DNA of 64,000 nt from Promethearchaeota archaeon (lineage in GTDB: Archaea; Asgardarchaeota; Lokiarchaeia; Sigyniarchaeales; SOKP01). The stretch is taken from positions 1-64,000 of the forward strand of contig JAHPZI010000019.1 of the NCBI GenBank assembly GCA_019058295.1, read 5' to 3'. A model generated the notes under the pieces. That model did no database searches, was not told the origin of the DNA, and saw only the letters and a list, made by a program, of their open reading frames with translations. Below, piece after piece: positions 58,983 to 64,000 of the stretch. Each line of letters begins with the position of its first letter. Position 1 is the stretch's first letter. The translations under genes and the position numbers were made by a program.

Positions 58983-59477
58983 ATGTTTGATAATAGTGTA
59001 AGTGACGATACTAAAAAATTTTCAATGGACAATATTAATTTAAGGTATCAAACAATAGTTTCTGCTCCTATAGAGGAAGTATGGGAATGGATTACATCCT
59101 TAGAGGGAATACAAAAAGAAATGAAGCCCTATTTCAAAATGACTGCTCCTAAAGGTATTAAAAATATTAATGATATCAAAATTGAGTTAGGGAAACCTTT
59201 ATTTCGTAGTCATATTTATTTATTTTGTTTTCTACCAATTGGCCATGATGACATGACACTGATTAAATATACAGAAGGTAAAGGCTTTATAGAACAATCC
59301 CCTATGAGTTCAATGGAACTATGGCGACATGAGAGAGGCTTAGAAAAAGTTGAGCTAGGCACAATGATTACCGATCAATTAACATTCAAACCTCGACATG
59401 CTCCAAAGCTTATGAATAAGTTCTTACAGCGTGTATTTCGTCATCGTCATAAAGTTCTTAAACAAAGATTTGGTTAA
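58983..59477 (+). CDS. SRPBCC/START-like ligand-binding protein
   Basis: APIEEVWEW, WRHER, ITDQL.F, FRHRH..L pattern. Confidence 0.72.
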   Translation: MFDNSVSDDTKKFSMDNINLRYQTIVSAPIEEVWEWITSLEGIQKEMKPYFKMTAPKGIKNINDIKIELGKPLFRSHIYLFCFLPIGHDDMTLIKYTEGKGFIEQSPMSSMELWRHERGLEKVELGTMITDQLTFKPRHAPKLMNKFLQRVFRHRHKVLKQRFG

Positions 59478-59644
59478 AAAGATGCATTGGACAGCTATGC
59501 TGAAGAAGAGAAACATTTTGGATAAATATATAATTTATCTTTAAGTTTTTTTGTAAGGTGCGTTAGACTTAAATATTTTTTTAATATAGTTCTATTATAA
59601 TTAAAATTAAAAATAAAATTAATAGAAAGAAAAGAGGAGAAAAA

Positions 59645-59944
59645 TTGGCAAAATTTATTCAGGACCCTAATATAAGCCTTGATCGCAATTTTAGGAAGGA
59701 TTATGTTCTGGTACAAGGAATTGCTCCTATAAAATTTAAGGAAGATGAATTAGGATCCAAATGGGAATTTAGAGTTGACATTATGGATGATAACGTGCTC
59801 ATAGCATCAGTAACGAAAGTTTTTAAACCTAAGAAACTAGAAGTGAACGAAAAATTTAAAGAGAAAGTAGATGGAGCAAAATTTAAGAAAAGATTTATGG
59901 ACATGAATCTTGAGTACAAGTATTTTATTAATCATCTTGATTAG
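59645..59944 (+). CDS. Hypothetical protein
   Basis: 99 aa ORF with TTG start behind SD GAGGAG. Confidence 0.6.
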   Translation: MAKFIQDPNISLDRNFRKDYVLVQGIAPIKFKEDELGSKWEFRVDIMDDNVLIASVTKVFKPKKLEVNEKFKEKVDGAKFKKRFMDMNLEYKYFINHLD

Positions 59945-60062
59945 CGGGGCGGCAAATATAAAGGCAAATATAGAAGATCCTGAGTTCTGGGAAAGATAAG
60001 CTATAATTCGGGAAAGATTTAGGAATAAAATACTAAAAGAGAGAAAATATGGAATCAAAAAA

Positions 60063-61391
60063 ATGAATACCCGTAAGGAATTTAAAATGGACCTCACATT
60101 TGAAAGATCGTTCCTTCCAACGAGGTCTTCCAACATTAAGCTTATCGCTTATGTAAAAGGAGAAATAAATGAAGATTTATTTCGAGACGCAGTTAGTAAA
60201 CTGGCAACTAAACACCCATATCTCAGATCCAAGGTTGTTATAAGAGGGGATGGTTCAGCATATCTTACTACTGAAGGAGGAAAAGAACCAAAAGTTATTA
60301 TAATCCAAGATAATGAGGATGTACTCGATGCGATTTATCAAGAAGATACACAACCTTCAAACTGGGAAACAGATCCCACAAGTCGGTTTATACTTATAAA
60401 AGATGCAAATGGTTCTGATGTAATTGTTGCATATGTTCAGCATATAATCGCAGATGGACGCTCTGTTGTTTTTGTTATGAAACACCTTTTAGAAATAATT
60501 GCCGATCCTACAAAAAAAATCGAGGAATTAACCCCAATTTCATTAGTAGAAAACGCTCCTGCAGATGTTATAATTCCAGATGTAAAGAAATCTTATGCGG
60601 AAAACATCAATAAAGCCTGGGCTAAAGAAAAAATAACATTTAGTGTTGAAGACTTTATTAGGGTAGCAAAACGGAAATATGAATCCGGACCTGATGTATT
60701 TGTTGATCATGCTTTAACTCAAGATGAAACAACTGCGTTACGAGATAAATCAAGAGAACAAGAAGTTTCCTTAAATGCAGCCCTATTAGCAGCTATTCTT
60801 CTCGCAAAAAATTTAGAGGAAACGGAACCATCACCCAACAAATTAGGTCTTGCTGTTGATGTGAGGAAATTTTTAACCAAAGATGCTGGTGAGGCTTGCA
60901 ATTTACTAGCTTCTGGTACAATGGTAGATCCAGAATACAAAGAAGGTATGGAATTTTGGAACCTTGCAAAAGATATCCACGCAAAGACTCTAACAGCTTT
61001 AGGTTCAAACCAAAATCTCTTTGCGACACGAATGATGACTAAATATATGGACCCTACTTTCAATGATGCCATGTATATGTTCCAGCAAGGTGGTTGGGAA
61101 GGGACACCTATGATAAAGAAGATGGGTGGTCAAAGAGCTCCTGTTGGAGCAGTTCTTACAAATTTAGGGGGATTGCAATTACCACCAGAATATAAGAGTA
61201 AGAATCCAATTAATTTGACTGATGCTATTTTCTACCCTCCAATAGGTATTGAAACAGTAATTGAACTGGGAGTCAGTAGTTTATTAGGAAAACTTCATAT
61301 AGTTACTTTATCCCCACAAAATGCTGCCAATAGGGATTTAAAAGAAAGAGTAATTCCAAAAATCATAGAGATTTTGCGAAAAAATCTGTAA
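60063..61391 (+). CDS. Stand-alone condensation-domain acyltransferase (PapA5/alcohol acetyltransferase-like)
   Basis: KHPYLRS, active-site HIIADG (HxxxDG), VDVR, LTNLG. Confidence 0.8.
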   Translation: MNTRKEFKMDLTFERSFLPTRSSNIKLIAYVKGEINEDLFRDAVSKLATKHPYLRSKVVIRGDGSAYLTTEGGKEPKVIIIQDNEDVLDAIYQEDTQPSNWETDPTSRFILIKDANGSDVIVAYVQHIIADGRSVVFVMKHLLEIIADPTKKIEELTPISLVENAPADVIIPDVKKSYAENINKAWAKEKITFSVEDFIRVAKRKYESGPDVFVDHALTQDETTALRDKSREQEVSLNAALLAAILLAKNLEETEPSPNKLGLAVDVRKFLTKDAGEACNLLASGTMVDPEYKEGMEFWNLAKDIHAKTLTALGSNQNLFATRMMTKYMDPTFNDAMYMFQQGGWEGTPMIKKMGGQRAPVGAVLTNLGGLQLPPEYKSKNPINLTDAIFYPPIGIETVIELGVSSLLGKLHIVTLSPQNAANRDLKERVIPKIIEILRKNL

Positions 61392-61407
61392 ATTCATTTA
61401 TTTCTTT

Positions 61408-61932
61408 TTAGTTTTGGTTCTTTATTATGAATCTTAAAATACATTCATTATCGCCATCGGGAAATCTTTTTACAGCAATTTCCTCCCCCTCAATACCCAA
61501 AGCGTCTAACCACCCAAGGTGTCGCTGCATACAGGCACAAATATATTCATTTTCCTTTTTAGATTTTTTAACTTCTTCCCAAATGAAGCACTTTTTAACA
61601 ACACCGTCCCCTTCTTTATCAGAATGAACCACGAACTTAAATTTCATGATTTTCGGGATGATGACATCCATAAAGGTATTTATTATTTTAAAAAGTTCAG
61701 GGATTGTTTTTATTGTTCCTTTTTTAACGCCTAGAGCGTTCATGATATGTTTTGCTTCGATTTTTCCCATAGAAAAAATAACTTTTTGGTTTAATCCATT
61801 AGCTCTCTCAATCCCTAATTCTCGTTTCGACTTCAAGAACCATTGTCCATCGTGTTGAGCCCAGCACATCTGCAGGATGAACTTTTGGGTTGCTAAATTT
61901 ATGTCATACTTATCTTTTATTATTTGCGTCAT
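61408..61932 (-). CDS. DUF6125-like protein (V4R-like fold)
   Basis: WAQHDGQWF motif and Cys set KCF...ICAC...EC. Confidence 0.62.
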   Translation of the reverse strand: MTQIIKDKYDINLATQKFILQMCWAQHDGQWFLKSKRELGIERANGLNQKVIFSMGKIEAKHIMNALGVKKGTIKTIPELFKIINTFMDVIIPKIMKFKFVVHSDKEGDGVVKKCFIWEEVKKSKKENEYICACMQRHLGWLDALGIEGEEIAVKRFPDGDNECILRFIIKNQN

Positions 61933-62008
61933 TAAATTTCACTTAATTTTTAATCTGTGTTGTTACAAAAAACAATAACTAACCTCCAATGAGGATTTAT
62001 GAATATAT

Positions 62009-62308
62009 TCAAAAACTCATTGTATCATAGGGAATATCATTTTTTTCTAACCATTCCTTAAACTCAACATCTGATTTAAACTGTTGTTTAATCAAATTTA
62101 ATAAAATGATGGAGACATCTTCAGCTTTAATAGTTAACCAATATTCATTATCAAAATCTCCATATAGATCTTTAAGATATTCGCCGCAGTCATAACCGCT
62201 TAAAACTAGGTCCCCCTTCTCATTTATTTCTGCGGTTAAAGTATGGTGTTCATCTTTTCCCCTTCTATAATCATAAATAGTTATCTTTTTCATAGCAAAA
62301 ATTTTCAA
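62009..62308 (-). CDS. Hypothetical protein
   Basis: GDLVLSGYDCG...GDFDNEYW; protein-like composition. Confidence 0.65.
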   Translation of the reverse strand: MKIFAMKKITIYDYRRGKDEHHTLTAEINEKGDLVLSGYDCGEYLKDLYGDFDNEYWLTIKAEDVSIILLNLIKQQFKSDVEFKEWLEKNDIPYDTMSF

Positions 62309-62370
62309 TTATTAAAGTTTCTCTAAAGATTTTATGTTAATAAAAAATAAAAAAAAAAAAGATATTAATA

Positions 62371-62940
62371 TTAAGGTTTTTTTAACCAATATCTAAGATA
62401 TATTAAAACAATCACTACCATTGGAATGCCCACTATTATCACCAACCACCCTAGCGTTAGGAGATATGCGTATACCCAGTAGCTGTAAGGTTTATTGCCA
62501 AAAGGAGTAAAATAATTTCCATCAATTGCTATATAAATGCAATAGGCGATAAACATAAATATTCCACAGCCACTACCTCCTATTGCTTTTTTCTTTTTTG
62601 AATTCTCGTCTTTGAACTTAGTTCGTTCATTAGTAGGTAATTTTTGCCACCAGAGATACCCTCCTAAGCCAAAAATTAATGCCGCGGGTATTCCAACAAA
62701 TAATAGTTCCCATAAAATCAGGATAATGATGAAACTTACTACCCAATTCAAACTCCATTCATCAAAAGTCGCTGTTCCGTAATTTCCAATGGGAGACGTT
62801 TGAATATGCCAAATTAGGACGATCACTGCAATTATACAAAGAATTACAATTGCTATTACAAAAAAGAATAGAGCTTTCCAATGTTTTTTAATCATATCTT
62901 TCCAAAATTGTTCATCAGTCATTTTCTGCTCGTTTTCCAT
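62371..62940 (-). CDS. Hypothetical 4-TM membrane protein
   Basis: Four hydrophobic segments; ATG start. Confidence 0.72.
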   Translation of the reverse strand: MENEQKMTDEQFWKDMIKKHWKALFFFVIAIVILCIIAVIVLIWHIQTSPIGNYGTATFDEWSLNWVVSFIIILILWELLFVGIPAALIFGLGGYLWWQKLPTNERTKFKDENSKKKKAIGGSGCGIFMFIAYCIYIAIDGNYFTPFGNKPYSYWVYAYLLTLGWLVIIVGIPMVVIVLIYLRYWLKKP

Positions 62941-63075
62941 ATTAATCTTTTATTACTTTCTTATTTTTTTGGTATTTTTTTTTACTTTTATCCTTATTAT
63001 TTATATTTTAAAAATAGTTTGACAGAAATTATACCATCGAATTACGATGCTTTTAAGGGAGAATACTAAGATTTA

Positions 63076-63831
63076 TTATATCAGATCTTTTAATGCAAGA
63101 ATCAAAACCATCGTAAAAATACCAGCAACTATTAAAATCAATTGTCTGATACTATATTTTGCCCCCAATTTCCGATGTAGTTCAGGAGTTAAATCAGATA
63201 ATGCTATATACAAAAAACTTGCTGCCGAAATTGCTAGTACATAAGGGATGACAAGAGATATCTCATCTAAAATAAAATAACTTATAATCGCAGCAGGAAT
63301 CGTAGTTGATCCTGATAAACTATTGTAAATAAAGGCTTTTTTCTTTGAATAGTTTTTATCAATTAAGATTCCAAGATCTCCTACTTCTTGTGGAATTTCG
63401 TGTACAATTACAGAAAGACTAACGGCGATTCCAATTGTAAAATCAATTAGAAATGCAGCGGCTATCACAATCCCATCAACAAGATTGTGAAACGCATCTC
63501 CAAAAATAATGATTGGTCCCGCTGCAGATTCTGTGACTTCACATTCAACTTGATGGCAATGACGCCAGATTATTAGTTTTTCTAAGATGAAAAAAAACAT
63601 TAATCCAATTAGGATCATCGGTAAAACTAAATTAAGGTTATATCCTGACCGTATAATCGCTGTGGGGATCATTCCTAAAAATGCTGCTGCTAATAACGTC
63701 CCTGTCGCATATGCTACTAAACATGGAATAAGTTTTTCCTGATGAGCTTTTCCTAACTGAATAAAACCCATTGCTATGATTATTGCTCCAATACTGCCTA
63801 AAATGCTAAAAAATATTATCCAGAAGAGAAT
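63076..63831 (-). CDS. ZIP-family zinc transporter
   Basis: GDAFHNLVDG, HEIPQE, FLYIALSDL.PELH. A hydrophobic TM1 is encoded in frame upstream of the ORF-track ATG (63771), so the start is extended to ATT 63831. Confidence 0.88.
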   Translation of the reverse strand: MLFWIIFFSILGSIGAIIIAMGFIQLGKAHQEKLIPCLVAYATGTLLAAAFLGMIPTAIIRSGYNLNLVLPMILIGLMFFFILEKLIIWRHCHQVECEVTESAAGPIIIFGDAFHNLVDGIVIAAAFLIDFTIGIAVSLSVIVHEIPQEVGDLGILIDKNYSKKKAFIYNSLSGSTTIPAAIISYFILDEISLVIPYVLAISAASFLYIALSDLTPELHRKLGAKYSIRQLILIVAGIFTMVLILALKDLI

Positions 63832-64000
63832 ATTGAACCAACTCTTGGATTTTTATTAGATAGATTAATTTTATAACAACTAATTTATATTAAAATATAT
63901 TAACTATAAAACATATATCAACTATAAAATATAAATTAACTAGTATAAAGAAGAGAAGTAACTATACAATTGGAAAGCTGATATAAATGAATGAAGTCAA

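Noticed and set aside
59942-59983. Amber readthrough of the 99 aa ORF
   Set aside because: It would add only 12 low-complexity residues before a TGA, with no supporting context.
2230-63244. Numerous short antisense or overlapping ORFs in the track (e.g. 2230-2505, 8791-9135, 9181-9588, 19987-20421, 43453-43716, 60719-61072)
   Set aside because: They are shadows of well-supported genes on the opposite strand and carry no motifs.
1-64000. CRISPR array, rRNA, IS element or provirus
   Set aside because: No regularly spaced repeats, no long GC-rich RNA gene, and no transposase, integrase or capsid ORF were seen.
63987-64000. Possible start of a plus-strand gene (ATG AAT GAA GTC)
   Set aside because: Only four codons are visible, too little to support a call.

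Overview
AT-rich, gene-dense 64 kb window of an archaeal chromosome, most consistent with Asgard archaea (Lokiarchaeia). This call rests on archaeal information-processing genes (rpo6, Hef, SRP54, aIF5A, Nob1, FEN1, CDC48, AMMECR1, tRNA-Val(CAC) without encoded CCA) found alongside eukaryotic-signature proteins (a Rag-like GTPase, a longin-GTPase fusion, a Rab-like GTPase with a zinc ribbon, a roadblock protein). The rest is metabolic: purB-purM-PfkB, nadC, pyrC, TldD/PmbA, a GH172/sulfatase/aldolase sugar block, an FGGY kinase with an MFS transporter, a non-pyrrolysine MttB-corrinoid-MttB operon, a stand-alone condensation-domain acyltransferase and a ZIP transporter. I found no transposase, integrase, CRISPR array or rRNA. 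The most notable unexplained signals are: (1) two single genes (an amidase and a 7-TM protein) each bracketed by decayed direct duplications of the neighbouring gene junction, the footprint of gene insertion with no mobile-element machinery nearby; (2) a catalytically dead DapA barrel fused to an intact APH-type kinase; (3) up to four genes whose expected N-terminus seems to begin at AUU/AUC behind a Shine-Dalgarno motif; (4) a Rag-like plus longin-GTPase gene pair; (5) tandem internally duplicated 4-TM paralogs upstream of an orphan HerA-like ATPase. All assignments come from motif recognition by eye; no searches were run.
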